64,000 bases of DNA from Pseudomonadota bacterium (GTDB lineage: Bacteria > Bdellovibrionota_B > Oligoflexia > Oligoflexales > CAIMVM01), in contig JBAXBA010000002.1 of the NCBI GenBank assembly GCA_037142195.1, positions 30,719-94,718 on the forward strand. The letters run 5' to 3'. This document shows, one piece after another, positions 8,683 through 17,954 of the stretch. Each line of letters begins with the position of its first letter. The first letter of the stretch is position 1. The position numbers and the translations under genes were made by a program. The notes beneath the pieces were generated by a model. It did no database searches and had not been told where the DNA came from. It saw only the letters and a program-made list of their open reading frames with translations.

Positions 8683-9864
8683 TTATCTCTCCCGAAGTGT
8701 GGAACTCAGAATACTAGAACATTTTTCTGGCAAAGACTGCAGCACATTCAAGGCAAAAGCCTCACCTATCGATAGGTGAGCAACGCCTCGAATAATCGAT
8801 AAAGGTTGAGATTTGACCGAAAGCTGCCAAAGGTTGGTTACCGCCAACTTGCTACCAAAATATTGCAATGATTTATGGGACTCTGCACGGGCATATTTAC
8901 ATTCTATCAGATCGAGTACTAAGCCATTTCGAACGACAGCAAAGTCAACTTCACGCTTTTCCTTATCTCGAATGTAACAAAGCTCATATCGAAATCCATC
9001 TCGATCAGACAAAAATTGCAGACGTTTTAGGAGCGCACAGGCCAAAAGATTTTCTGAACGCGAACCAAGATCATCTACTCCATCTGCAACATCAAAGAAG
9101 TAAATTTTAGATTGCTTCTGTAAGGATCGAGAAATTTTATTTGAAAAAGGATAGACTCGAAATATAATATACATCCGCTCCAAGACTTCTATCCAATGCT
9201 GAATCGTCTTATGGCTGACTTGAATCTCTTCAGCTAAATTATTGATCGAAATGGGACTTCCTACTCGCTCTCGAAGAAGTTCCAAAAGTAAATTGAGCCT
9301 TGAGATATCACGAACAGCTTCTAAGTCCCTAATGTCTTCCTTAATAACTTTTTCTGACCTTTCTAGTCGCCAGCGACGTGCCTCCCTTTCGTCATTTTGA
9401 AGGAATGGCTCAGGAAATCCTCCTAATAACATGATTCTTTCCACAACTTCTTGGGGAGAAAGTTTATCCACAATCTCATCTGGGGTAATGGGATGAAGAC
9501 GCCAATGATGATAACGCCCCATTAAAGAGTCGCCACCCCGACGGTAGACATCTAAACGAGCGCTGCCAGTGACAAGAAAATTCTGATGGGCAAGGCGTGT
9601 GTCGAATAGCCCTTTAACTTTGTTTTTCCAGTTTCGAAATTTGTGAATTTCATCAAATACGATAAGATTAGCAGATTCATCAATCTCTTCCTTAAGAATA
9701 GCTCGCTTTCCAGGAGTACTATCCCAATTGAGGTAGAGGCTAGTGGGGTAAAAGGCCATGATCTGCTTTGCCAGTGTGGTCTTGCCACACTGCCTAGGAC
9801 CAGAAAGAAAGACCATTTTCTTTTGCAAATCTTTTGTAATCTCTTTTTCTAGGTACCTTTTCAT
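8683..9864 (-). CDS. AAA+ ATPase (AAA_14) with DUF4143 / PD-(D/E)XK nuclease-like C-terminus
   Basis: Walker A GPRQCGKT, Walker B IVFDEIH, VTGSARL, GGFPEP, KIYFFD, EVDFAV...LIECK. Confidence 0.92.
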   Translation of the reverse strand: MKRYLEKEITKDLQKKMVFLSGPRQCGKTTLAKQIMAFYPTSLYLNWDSTPGKRAILKEEIDESANLIVFDEIHKFRNWKNKVKGLFDTRLAHQNFLVTGSARLDVYRRGGDSLMGRYHHWRLHPITPDEIVDKLSPQEVVERIMLLGGFPEPFLQNDEREARRWRLERSEKVIKEDIRDLEAVRDISRLNLLLELLRERVGSPISINNLAEEIQVSHKTIQHWIEVLERMYIIFRVYPFSNKISRSLQKQSKIYFFDVADGVDDLGSRSENLLACALLKRLQFLSDRDGFRYELCYIRDKEKREVDFAVVRNGLVLDLIECKYARAESHKSLQYFGSKLAVTNLWQLSVKSQPLSIIRGVAHLSIGEAFALNVLQSLPEKCSSILSSTLRER

Positions 9865-9890
9865 GGTGAAATGCCCTCACTTAGGAGTTT

Positions 9891-9952
9891 GCCTATTTTA
9901 CACCGTACTCCAAAAAAGTCGCGACTTTTTTGGAGTACGGTGTAAAATAGGC
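9891..9952. repeat. Perfect 62-bp palindrome with no spacer
   Basis: GCCTATTTTACACCGTACTCCAAAAAAGTCG|CGACTTTTTTGGAGTACGGTGTAAAATAGGC; 31/31 complementary, checked base by base. Confidence 0.97.
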
Positions 9953-9962
9953 TGATTTTGCC

Positions 9963-10217
9963 TTAACTCACTTTAAATAATGAGCTTTTTGACCTAGGTA
10001 ACAACTCAAACTCCCAAAAAAATACCGCTAGGCTAAGGGGGCAGCATCCGAAAAAACTCGGTTTTCGGGGATGGGGCCCGGCCTTACTGAAGAAAGCCCA
10101 AGTAAAACCCCGGGCTGAAATTATGTTTTGGTCGAGGACATCGGCGTAAGCATCACGCAGCCATTCAAAGTCTTCGATTTCATCCGAGCCTCTGCTCCCC
10201 TTTTTTCTACGAACCAT
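9963..10217 (-). CDS. Hypothetical protein, possibly a truncated remnant
   Basis: Strong AGGAG RBS before the ATG, 40 bp after the antitoxin stop; no recognisable motif. Confidence 0.3.
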   Translation of the reverse strand: MVRRKKGSRGSDEIEDFEWLRDAYADVLDQNIISARGFTWAFFSKAGPHPRKPSFFGCCPLSLAVFFWEFELLPRSKSSLFKVS

Positions 10218-10257
10218 TTTGCTCCTAATGTCAAATACAAGACCTTACCGAAATTCA

Positions 10258-10548
10258 TTAAGACGACTTTTTCTTTGGGCTGCTTGATTTGACATGATCC
10301 AAAAGCACCATCCGAAGATACGGCTGGTAACCTAGTCCCTTCTCGCCAGCTAAACTTTTGAGCTGGGCGATAAGCTGCTTCGGTAATCGTACGGATATCA
10401 CTTGAAGGCCCATGGCCTCATCCATTTCTAGTTCACTTTCGGAATTTATGGGTTTAGCGTGTTGAGCGTCCGCACCTAGCTCCCGCGACTCCCACTTCTC
10501 CACATCGTGGAGATTGTCAGGTTTGGTATCCCGGGAAATTCGTCGCAT
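10258..10548 (-). CDS. BrnA/CopG-like ribbon-helix-helix antitoxin
   Basis: WESRELG motif and C-terminal ISVRLPKQLIAQLKSLAGEKGLGYQPYLRMVL. The start at 10548 follows GAGGAG and overlaps the toxin 3' end. Confidence 0.82.
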   Translation of the reverse strand: MRRISRDTKPDNLHDVEKWESRELGADAQHAKPINSESELEMDEAMGLQVISVRLPKQLIAQLKSLAGEKGLGYQPYLRMVLLDHVKSSSPKKKSS

Positions 10549-10819
10549 AAATCTTCTCCTCTTGCATGTTAGGCTCATAAGCTGTCTTTAAGACAAACTG
10601 TTTGAACTTCTTGTCGAACAAAAAAACCACTTTAAGTTTTCGACCAGAGTCCGTTTCTGCAATGAACCACCGCGTCGGCGGGAAGGTTCGATTCTCCGCA
10701 CGGTCATCAATTAGGCTGCCATATAGTTTATTCTGAAAGCATTCCAGAACCTCACCAGGCATAACTCCATGCTTTTTTTGCAGCTTTTTCTAGGCTGTGG
10801 GATCGATATGGAGATTCAT
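10517..10819 (-). pseudogene. BrnT/RelE-fold-like toxin with a premature TAG at codon 10
   Basis: From ATG 10819 (AGGGG RBS): MNLHIDPTA*KKLQKKHGVMPGEVLECFQN...RWFIAETDSGRKLKVVF...KTAYEPN. The stop at 10790-10792 lies before the conserved KHGV motif. Confidence 0.75.
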
Positions 10820-10836
10820 ACGCGACCCCTATTCCA

Positions 10837-10849
10837 CTTGTAATACAAG
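10837..10849. promoter_or_regulatory. Palindrome CTTGTAATACAAG, probable antitoxin operator
   Basis: 6-bp arms around a 1-nt centre, 17 bp upstream of the toxin ATG; a related ATACAATGTAT lies at 10865-10875. Confidence 0.45.
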
Positions 10850-11015
10850 AGAAATATATAAGCAATACAATGTATATTTGAAGAACCGGTCAAAATATTA
10901 GCGATATTTCATATCCTATTGATTTTAATCATTTTTTGTAAATCCCCAGAGGGTAAGTGATAAGAAAAATTACTGCTTTATTAAAAAATTGAATGCCTCT
11001 CTATGCTGGTACCAA

Positions 11016-11208
11016 AACCCATTCCTTCTATAATTTGGATCCAAATTCGAAGTCTTCGCACTCCGGGGGGTAGTCTATAGCACCCATGATTTTTGAGAGC
11101 TTTACAACCTTCCATTTTGTATCCCAAATACAGCCATTGCAAAAACAAGTAAAATATTTATGGCGGCATGGCACTTGTAGGAATCACGTGAAAATCCACA
11201 TCCCTAAG
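11016..11208. repeat. ~190-bp dispersed element, copy 2
   Basis: Same orientation as 8171-8362; palindrome at 11032-11047. Confidence 0.9.
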
Positions 11209-11692
11209 TTTTGATGATTTTTTTAGTCATGAGTGGCCCCATCAAGACTCCTCCAACATCACACGCTCGAAAGTTACTATTTTGGCCGAACGTCCTCTCG
11301 CCCTCTCCGCTCGGTGCTGATTTATCTCGGTCAAGCTCTTCCAGTCCCTCTCCTTGGACTCGCGCGTATCATGGGGGAACAACCATTCGGGTAGCGATTG
11401 GCAACCGCAAGTTCCCACAATCATCAAAAGATGAACCACCATCAAATGTCCTTCCATCTGATTCATGAAAGAGTTCGCTCCCCCCTTGGAATCACTCCAC
11501 CCATCAGAGCAAAACCTGAAAACCTCCATCCATTACCAGAGCTACAGCTTTCAAAGGACTTGGCTCTTTTTTTGGAGTTTGATTTCATAATCGACAGTGT
11601 CAGCTAGAGGGCATATAGTGGCCTTAAGTTCTGGGGTGTCATGGAAGTGGTCCGTCAGAGCTGGCTTAGGATCTAGAAAAAGAGGAGGACAT

Positions 11693-12103
11693 ATGCCTTT
11701 TGGATCAGAAATTTTAGGCGGTATTTTAGTTGGCCTTGGCATGGCTATAACGCTCTTATATGAAAGTCAGATTTCAGGAGCGTCGGGCTATGCAGCGGCG
11801 AGCTTAAGACCAAGTCCTACCGGAAGAGCGGAGCTCTATTTTGTCGCAGGTCTCGTTTTGGCAGGGCTGATTTGGCGGTTTGCGGGAGGTCATCTGAGTG
11901 ATGCTGATGAGAGTCATCTCGGACTTCCAGCCTGGATTCTAGCTGGGCTATTGGTGGGCTTTGGAGCCCGCTTAGGAGGAGGCTGCACCAGCGGACACGG
12001 TGTCTGTGGACTTGGCCGGCTTTCTCACCGCTCCCTAGCAGCTGTACTTATTTTTATGGCCTTCGCTTTTTTAACGGCAGCCGTCATGAGGATTTATTTA
12101 TGA
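11693..12103 (+). CDS. YeeE/YedE-family sulfur-compound transporter subunit
   Basis: GARLGGGCTSGHGVCGLGRLS motif; GAGGAGG RBS before ATG 11693. Confidence 0.9.
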   Translation: MPFGSEILGGILVGLGMAITLLYESQISGASGYAAASLRPSPTGRAELYFVAGLVLAGLIWRFAGGHLSDADESHLGLPAWILAGLLVGFGARLGGGCTSGHGVCGLGRLSHRSLAAVLIFMAFAFLTAAVMRIYL

Positions 12104-12507
12104 GACAAGGCGTCTATTTAGCTTCTGGTCTTATTTTTGGTTTAGGACTCGCCATCTCCCAGATGGTCGATCCTCTCAAGGTAAAAAGTTTTTTAGCATT
12201 AGGGACTCCCGACTGGAACCCAGCTCTGATGTTTGTTTTAGGATCCGCGGCACCTACCTATTACCTGGCTTTTTTATACTTAAACCGGCGCCAGAAATCG
12301 TTTGACGGGAAACCCTTTCCTCATCCGACTCCTAGGCCCATCGATAAAAAACTTGTGGCGGGTTCGGTGCTGTTTGGGATCGGTTGGGGGATAGCAGGGG
12401 TTTGTCCTGGACCAGCTCTTTTTCACTTAGCTTACCTGGATGAGCAGTTTTTTCTCTTTATCGTCATGATGGTTCTAGGCTTCGAACTTCAAAGGAAACT
12501 CATTTGA
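12100..12507 (+). CDS. YeeE/YedE-family transporter subunit (second of the pair)
   Basis: GLIFGLGLAISQMVDPLKV, WNPAL and FGIGWGIAGVCPGPA motifs; 4-bp overlap with the upstream gene. Confidence 0.9.
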   Translation: MRQGVYLASGLIFGLGLAISQMVDPLKVKSFLALGTPDWNPALMFVLGSAAPTYYLAFLYLNRRQKSFDGKPFPHPTPRPIDKKLVAGSVLFGIGWGIAGVCPGPALFHLAYLDEQFFLFIVMMVLGFELQRKLI

Positions 12508-13313
12508 CTCTAGAAACCTTAGGATATTTAGCCTCCCTGGTGATGGGACTTGTTCTTGGACTCACAGGCGGGGGCGGGTCTCTGCTGGCCCTCCCTATTT
12601 TGGTCTATCTCTTTGGGATCAGTGCCCTCGATGCTACGAGTTATTCTTTAGGGATCATTGGGATCATTAGTCTTTGGGGAGCGTTGGGAGCCTATAGAAA
12701 CGGTGACTTAAAACTAGGCCATGCCCTCTTTTTTGGAATTCCAGGAATCATGGGGGTTCTTCTTTCAAGAAGAATTCTTTTACCCGCGGTTCCAGCTCAA
12801 ATCCACTTTTTGAGTTCCGTGATTTCCAAAGACTCCCTACTCTTGATTTCCTTCGCACTTTTAATGCTTTTTACCTCTCTTTCCATGCTGAAATCTCTTG
12901 CTCAAAAAAGAAACTTTACCCCTCCTCCTAGTACCCATCCGGTTGCCATGGGCTACCTGGTGGTTCTAGGTCTTGGTGTCGGGATGCTTTCTGGATTTGT
13001 AGGAGCAGGGGGAGGGTTTTTAATCGTTCCTGCCCTTCTCTCCCTTGGCAAGCTGGACATGAAACAGACGGTCGGAACCTCTCTTCTGATTATCGGCATG
13101 CAATCTAGTTTTGGGGTTCTGAGCGATCTTCATCGCTTAGACGTCTTAGACTTAAAACTCTTTTTAGCGATTGTGTCTTTAGCAAGCATCGGCATGAGTA
13201 TAGGGAGCAGGGCCAGGTCTTTTATCTCAGATAGCAAATTGAAGTTTGGATTTGCGGTGCTGGTGCTGGTTTTAGCGGTGGGGATACTTTGGGATCAGGT
13301 GGGGCGGGTTTAA
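12504..13313 (+). CDS. TauE/SafE-family sulfite exporter
   Basis: Repeated GLTGGGGSLLALP and GFVGAGGGFLIVPAL motifs; hydrophobic throughout. Confidence 0.92.
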   Translation: MTLETLGYLASLVMGLVLGLTGGGGSLLALPILVYLFGISALDATSYSLGIIGIISLWGALGAYRNGDLKLGHALFFGIPGIMGVLLSRRILLPAVPAQIHFLSSVISKDSLLLISFALLMLFTSLSMLKSLAQKRNFTPPPSTHPVAMGYLVVLGLGVGMLSGFVGAGGGFLIVPALLSLGKLDMKQTVGTSLLIIGMQSSFGVLSDLHRLDVLDLKLFLAIVSLASIGMSIGSRARSFISDSKLKFGFAVLVLVLAVGILWDQVGRV

Positions 13314-14353
13314 GACAAATGAAATTTTAAAGTGCGGCGAATTGCTTCTTCCAATCCAATGTTACACTTTAACCCTAATTCATTGCGAGCTCTTGCAACA
13401 TCTGGTAGATATCTAGAAGGATTGGCACCTGGAATTTCTTTGCCAACTATGTCGACTTTGGGACTAAAAGACCCAGAAAAAAAATCTCTGGTATAGACTT
13501 GAGTGACTTTATTTGCGAAGTCTTTCATGGAAACAGGCTCATCATTTCCGACATTATATGCTTCACCAACTCGTCCATTTAGTAAAATAGTCCAGAGCCA
13601 AACAGCCAAGTCTGCCGCGTACAAATATCCTCTTAGGGCATTGCCATCTCCAGAAACGTTAATATCGCGACCACTTGAAACATCTGCAATGAAGCTCTCT
13701 GCAGCAAACGCACCACCACCAGAAAGATATGGACCAATGAACGCAAAGCACCTTGCAACCTTAACTGGCAAACCATAAATATCCTTGTAGATAGAGCCCA
13801 GTGTCTCAGCTAATCTCTTACTTTCACCGTAAATGCTTTTTGAGTTTAAAAAATCTGGACCTCCATAAAAAGCCTCTGGAATTTTATCCATGTCCTGAGA
13901 CTGAGTCCCGTAAACAGCACCTGAACTAACTAATAGGAATCCTTTTAATTTTTGATCTTTGACTAACTCAAGAATATTTTTAGTACCAAGTACTACCGTT
14001 TCAAATGTCTTTAAATGATTGTCTAAATTCCTATCTATGCCGACAGATGTTGCGGCATGAATAACATAATCTACTTTCGGGATAGAACTTAAATGAACTA
14101 CATTTTCATTGATGAATACAATATTTGAGCTGACAAACTCAGGAAAATTGTCAACAAATTGTTTTGAATTTCTAGCAACTACGTAAACCTTAATTTCAGT
14201 CATATAAATCTTATTTAACAAAGATATAGACTGCAAAAGCCACTTTCCAAAAAAACCTGTGCCGCCAGTAATTAAAATCGATACACCCATGAGTCGATCT
14301 TTAAATGGCATCATTTTTTCTGACAAATAACTAACATCTTCATCAATTAACAT
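13310..14353 (-). CDS. Extended-SDR NAD-dependent epimerase/dehydratase/reductase
   Basis: TGGTGFFG, SSGAVYG, YGESK (YxxxK), ARCFAFIGP; last gene of the rfbH operon. Confidence 0.88.
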   Translation of the reverse strand: MLIDEDVSYLSEKMMPFKDRLMGVSILITGGTGFFGKWLLQSISLLNKIYMTEIKVYVVARNSKQFVDNFPEFVSSNIVFINENVVHLSSIPKVDYVIHAATSVGIDRNLDNHLKTFETVVLGTKNILELVKDQKLKGFLLVSSGAVYGTQSQDMDKIPEAFYGGPDFLNSKSIYGESKRLAETLGSIYKDIYGLPVKVARCFAFIGPYLSGGGAFAAESFIADVSSGRDINVSGDGNALRGYLYAADLAVWLWTILLNGRVGEAYNVGNDEPVSMKDFANKVTQVYTRDFFSGSFSPKVDIVGKEIPGANPSRYLPDVARARNELGLKCNIGLEEAIRRTLKFHLS

Positions 14354-14380
14354 TTATAGCTCTTAATCGTTGGCTGTTAA

Positions 14381-15295
14381 CTAGCTTTCAAGAAAAGAAA
14401 GTATTCGAGTTTTTACAGAGCCAACATCCAATTTATGCTCCAAAATAGCATAATCATAACTACCGCAGCTCTCAGTAAATCGATTGTTTATTCCTATTCG
14501 TAATAGACGAGACGAAACAATTGCGGACTCAGCTACCATTTCTGCGACTATAGACCCAATGCCCCCATTGACCGAATGCTCTTCTAAGGTAACTACAGTT
14601 TTTGCAGAACCCAAAATCGTCAATAGTTCGTGCCTATCAAAAGTCGATAAAGAAAATAATGAAATGACAAGCGCATCAATGTCCTTCGAAACTTCAAGGG
14701 CAGTGCTCACCATAGAGCCTGTCGCTATAAAACAAACACTAGACTTTGAAGAATTTACCTTACTAAATCCCCTAGTCATGTCCACGTCTTGTGGCCCCTT
14801 ATGAATGGAGGGTTTATCGCTCTTTCCAATTCTTATATAAGAAGCATTTCTTGAATTAGCCGCTGCTTTCAAGCACAAGTCCATTTCAAACTTATCAGCT
14901 GGGCTATAAATATCTAAATTTGCTAAGCTTCTTAACATGGATATATCTTCGGCGCACTGATGACTAGCACCTAACGTGTTATATACAAGCCCTGCCCCGT
15001 CACCTAACATGATAACGGGCAGATGGTCATAACAAATATCCATTTTAATAAACTCGAATACTCGAGTCGGCAAAAAAGCAGATAAGCCATAAACGACTAC
15101 CTTAAAGCCATTTTTGGAAAGCCCTGCAGCATATCCGATCATTGCTTGTTCGCATACGCCCACGTTTATAAATTTAGACGGTGATTCGCTTCTAAGCCCG
15201 TCAAAAAGCGCATAGCCATGATCTCCAGACAAAACGACAAAATCCTCGATGGTAGCCGCCTGTTCAATCAAGAAATTAGATAGGACTTGTCTCAT
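14381..15295 (-). CDS. Transketolase-like protein, C-terminal (pyrimidine-binding) subunit
   Basis: FINVGVCEQAMIGYAAGL, LGASHQCAED, VTLEEHSVNGGIGS. Confidence 0.92.
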   Translation of the reverse strand: MRQVLSNFLIEQAATIEDFVVLSGDHGYALFDGLRSESPSKFINVGVCEQAMIGYAAGLSKNGFKVVVYGLSAFLPTRVFEFIKMDICYDHLPVIMLGDGAGLVYNTLGASHQCAEDISMLRSLANLDIYSPADKFEMDLCLKAAANSRNASYIRIGKSDKPSIHKGPQDVDMTRGFSKVNSSKSSVCFIATGSMVSTALEVSKDIDALVISLFSLSTFDRHELLTILGSAKTVVTLEEHSVNGGIGSIVAEMVAESAIVSSRLLRIGINNRFTESCGSYDYAILEHKLDVGSVKTRILSFLES

Positions 15296-16104
15296 GGTTC
15301 AAGCTCGCTCAAACTTCTTTCCAAAGTTTCTTTGTCTAATCTTGAATAATGCCAAACGTTGTTGCTCTCCATAAAACTTATACCTTTACCTTTAACAGTT
15401 CTTGCAACCAGCGCCTTAGGAGTCTGTAATTTACTGGACAATAAGAAATTCAGCGTTTCTTCTATTGATGACTCGCTATGCCCATCTACTTCGCAGCACT
15501 CAAATCCAAAGGCTTCAAATTTTGCTTTTAACGGCTCTAGGTTTAGAACATCCTCAGACCTGCCCATAGCTTGGTAGCTGTTTGCATCAACAATTACGAC
15601 CAAATTTCTAAGGGAATGATGGGCGGCAAAAAGAAAACATTCCCAGGCGCTTCCTTCATTGATTTCTCCGTCGCCAACAATCACAAATACGTTTCTTGTC
15701 CTAGAGCCCCTCAACTTATCAGCAAGCGCTATTCCAGTGGCCACTGTTATACCATGACCTAGTGAACCTCCGGATACTTCAATTCCTGGACAATGGACCG
15801 AAGATAGTCCTTTAAGTTTGGACCCATCTTGAAAGTAGGACTCTATCTCTTCAGAAGAGACAATGCCTTTTTGAAAGAGCGCTGCATAGCAAGCCATAAC
15901 TCCGTGGCCTTTGCTCAAAGCTAAAATATCGCGATCATTAGATTTTAAATTGTCCTTATCAATTCGGATGAACTTAGAATACAAAACCGCAACCAACTCT
16001 ACCAAAGAGAAGGCACAACCTATATGAACAGAGCTCCCTGAATAGGCCATCTTTAGTATGGTTTTACGCATCAAAATTGGGTCTATTCTTGTTTTATCTT
16101 TCAT
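15292..16104 (-). CDS. Transketolase-like protein, N-terminal (TPP-binding) subunit
   Basis: LSKGH, GSLGHG, TPP motif GDGEINEG...N, TVKGKG. Confidence 0.92.
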   Translation of the reverse strand: MKDKTRIDPILMRKTILKMAYSGSSVHIGCAFSLVELVAVLYSKFIRIDKDNLKSNDRDILALSKGHGVMACYAALFQKGIVSSEEIESYFQDGSKLKGLSSVHCPGIEVSGGSLGHGITVATGIALADKLRGSRTRNVFVIVGDGEINEGSAWECFLFAAHHSLRNLVVIVDANSYQAMGRSEDVLNLEPLKAKFEAFGFECCEVDGHSESSIEETLNFLLSSKLQTPKALVARTVKGKGISFMESNNVWHYSRLDKETLERSLSELEP

Positions 16105-16110
16105 ATTTTT

Positions 16111-17187
16111 TCAATTTTCCTTGGTAACTTTAATAAACCTTTGGATCTGATCCAATGTAAAGGCTCGGGAGTTCCGATGATTATTTTGGGTTTCAAGATA
16201 CCACTTCGCTGTCCAATTCAATGCATCATTAAGATTTAAGGACGGATTCCATCCTAGTTGGTACCTCGCTTTAGATATATCTAACTTAAGCAACTCGGCC
16301 TCATGAAATGAGAGCGAGGAACCGAATGTCACTGAAGAAGATTTATTAAGAATCTCTTGAAAGGTCTCAACTACATATTTAACCGAAGTACAATCTTGAT
16401 CGTTAGGGCCAAAATTCCAGCCTTCAGCAAACTTCTGTCCTCCCTCTTTAAAGAGGGACTCTGCCAACATCAAATAACCCGACAATGGCTCTAAAACATG
16501 CTGCCATGGCCTGACCGCATTTGGATTTCTAATCTCAAGCGGATTTCGCTCAAACGTTGAGCGAACCAAATCAGGGATCAACCTATCTTCCGCATAGTCC
16601 CCGCCGCCAATCACATTACCTGCCCTTGCAGTCGCAATATGAGTGGAGTTTTTATCTGAAAAAAAGGACTTTCTGTAAGAGCTAGTAATCAATTCAGCGC
16701 AGCCTTTAGAACACGAATATGGATCGAAGCCTCCCATGGGTTCATTCTCTCGGTAACCCCAGGGCCACTCCTTATTTTCATAGCATTTATCCGATGTTAC
16801 TACGACTGCCGCTTTGGATTCAGGACAAGCCCTTAGGGCTTCAAGAAAATTAACGGTTCCCATCAAATTTGTAGAATAAGTTTCAACAGGGTCTTTATAG
16901 GAATGTCTGACTAGAGGTTGGGCTGCCAGGTGGAAAACAATTTCTGGTTCCGCGGTTTTCATTCTAGACTTTAGTAATGGCAGGTCTCTTATGTCACCTT
17001 CTATGTGAGTTATACCTGCTGAAACATCTGCCAATTGAAATAAGCTTGGGCTTGTTGGTGGAGCTAAAGAAAATCCTGTGACATGAGCTCCCATCTCTTT
17101 AAGCCATAAAGTCAGCCAACTTCCCTTGAACCCAGTATGCCCCGTAAGGAATACCCTTTTTCCTTTCCAGAAACTCTGAGTTACCAT
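16111..17187 (-). CDS. rfbG: CDP-glucose 4,6-dehydratase
   Basis: TGHTGFKGSWL, HLAAQPLVR, TSDKCY, ARAGNVIGGGD, RPWQHVLEPLSGY. Confidence 0.96.
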   Translation of the reverse strand: MVTQSFWKGKRVFLTGHTGFKGSWLTLWLKEMGAHVTGFSLAPPTSPSLFQLADVSAGITHIEGDIRDLPLLKSRMKTAEPEIVFHLAAQPLVRHSYKDPVETYSTNLMGTVNFLEALRACPESKAAVVVTSDKCYENKEWPWGYRENEPMGGFDPYSCSKGCAELITSSYRKSFFSDKNSTHIATARAGNVIGGGDYAEDRLIPDLVRSTFERNPLEIRNPNAVRPWQHVLEPLSGYLMLAESLFKEGGQKFAEGWNFGPNDQDCTSVKYVVETFQEILNKSSSVTFGSSLSFHEAELLKLDISKARYQLGWNPSLNLNDALNWTAKWYLETQNNHRNSRAFTLDQIQRFIKVTKEN

Positions 17188-17189
17188 AT

Positions 17190-17954
17190 TTAGTCCTTCC
17201 ACTTTGCATTGCCGCTGGTCCAGAGGTCTTCAAGATAGTTCTTATCCCTCAAGGTATCCATGGGTTGCCAAAATCCATAATGCTTAAATGCATTCAGCTG
17301 TTTGTCTTTTGCAAGTTTCTCTAAAGGCTCTCGTTCCCAAATGGAGTCATCCCCAGATATCAATTCGATTACCTTTGGATTTAGAACAAAAAAACCACCA
17401 TTAATCCAAGCACCATCCCCTTTAGGTTTTTCCGCAAAGCTTGTAATGCTATCGCGATCTAAATCTAGAGCACCAAAACGCCCAGGAGGCTGCACTGCCG
17501 TTAAAGTCGCCATTTTTCCAGAAGATTTATGAAATTCAATGAGCTTAGCAATATTTACGTCAGATAGCCCATCGCCATAAGTTAAGCAAAAATCTTTTTC
17601 GCCCAGATACTTAGCAATTCGTTTTAGACGGCCGCCGGTCATCGTATCTGCACCGGTGTCTACAACAGTAACTTTCCAAGGTTCACTAAAATTTTCGTGT
17701 ACCTCTCTTTGATTGTTAGCAAAGTCAAAGGTCACGTCAGAGTTATGTAGAAAATAATTGGCAAAGTATTCTTTAATCATATACTGCTTATAACCGCAGC
17801 AGATAATAAATTCATTGATTCCATGTTTTGAATATAACTTCATGATGTGAAGCAGTATCGGCTTTCCACCAATTTCAATCATGGGTTTAGGTTTAACTCC
17901 CGATTCTTCGCTGATTCGAGTGCCGAGGCCCCCAGCTAAGATGACACATTTCAT
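17190..17954 (-). CDS. rfbF: Glucose-1-phosphate cytidylyltransferase
   Basis: [12 protein letters not shown]...[35 protein letters not shown]. Confidence 0.97.
   Translation of the reverse strand: MKCVILAGGLGTRISEESGVKPKPMIEIGGKPILLHIMKLYSKHGINEFIICCGYKQYMIKEYFANYFLHNSDVTFDFANNQREVHENFSEPWKVTVVDTGADTMTGGRLKRIAKYLGEKDFCLTYGDGLSDVNIAKLIEFHKSSGKMATLTAVQPPGRFGALDLDRDSITSFAEKPKGDGAWINGGFFVLNPKVIELISGDDSIWEREPLEKLAKDKQLNAFKHYGFWQPMDTLRDKNYLEDLWTSGNAKWKD

Noticed and set aside
8171..11208. Repeats as a CRISPR array
   Set aside because: Only two long copies 2.8 kb apart, no repeat-spacer periodicity, no cas genes.
14381..16104. Housekeeping transketolase or DXP synthase
   Set aside because: Split, short subunits tightly coupled inside a CDP-sugar operon point to a specialised role.
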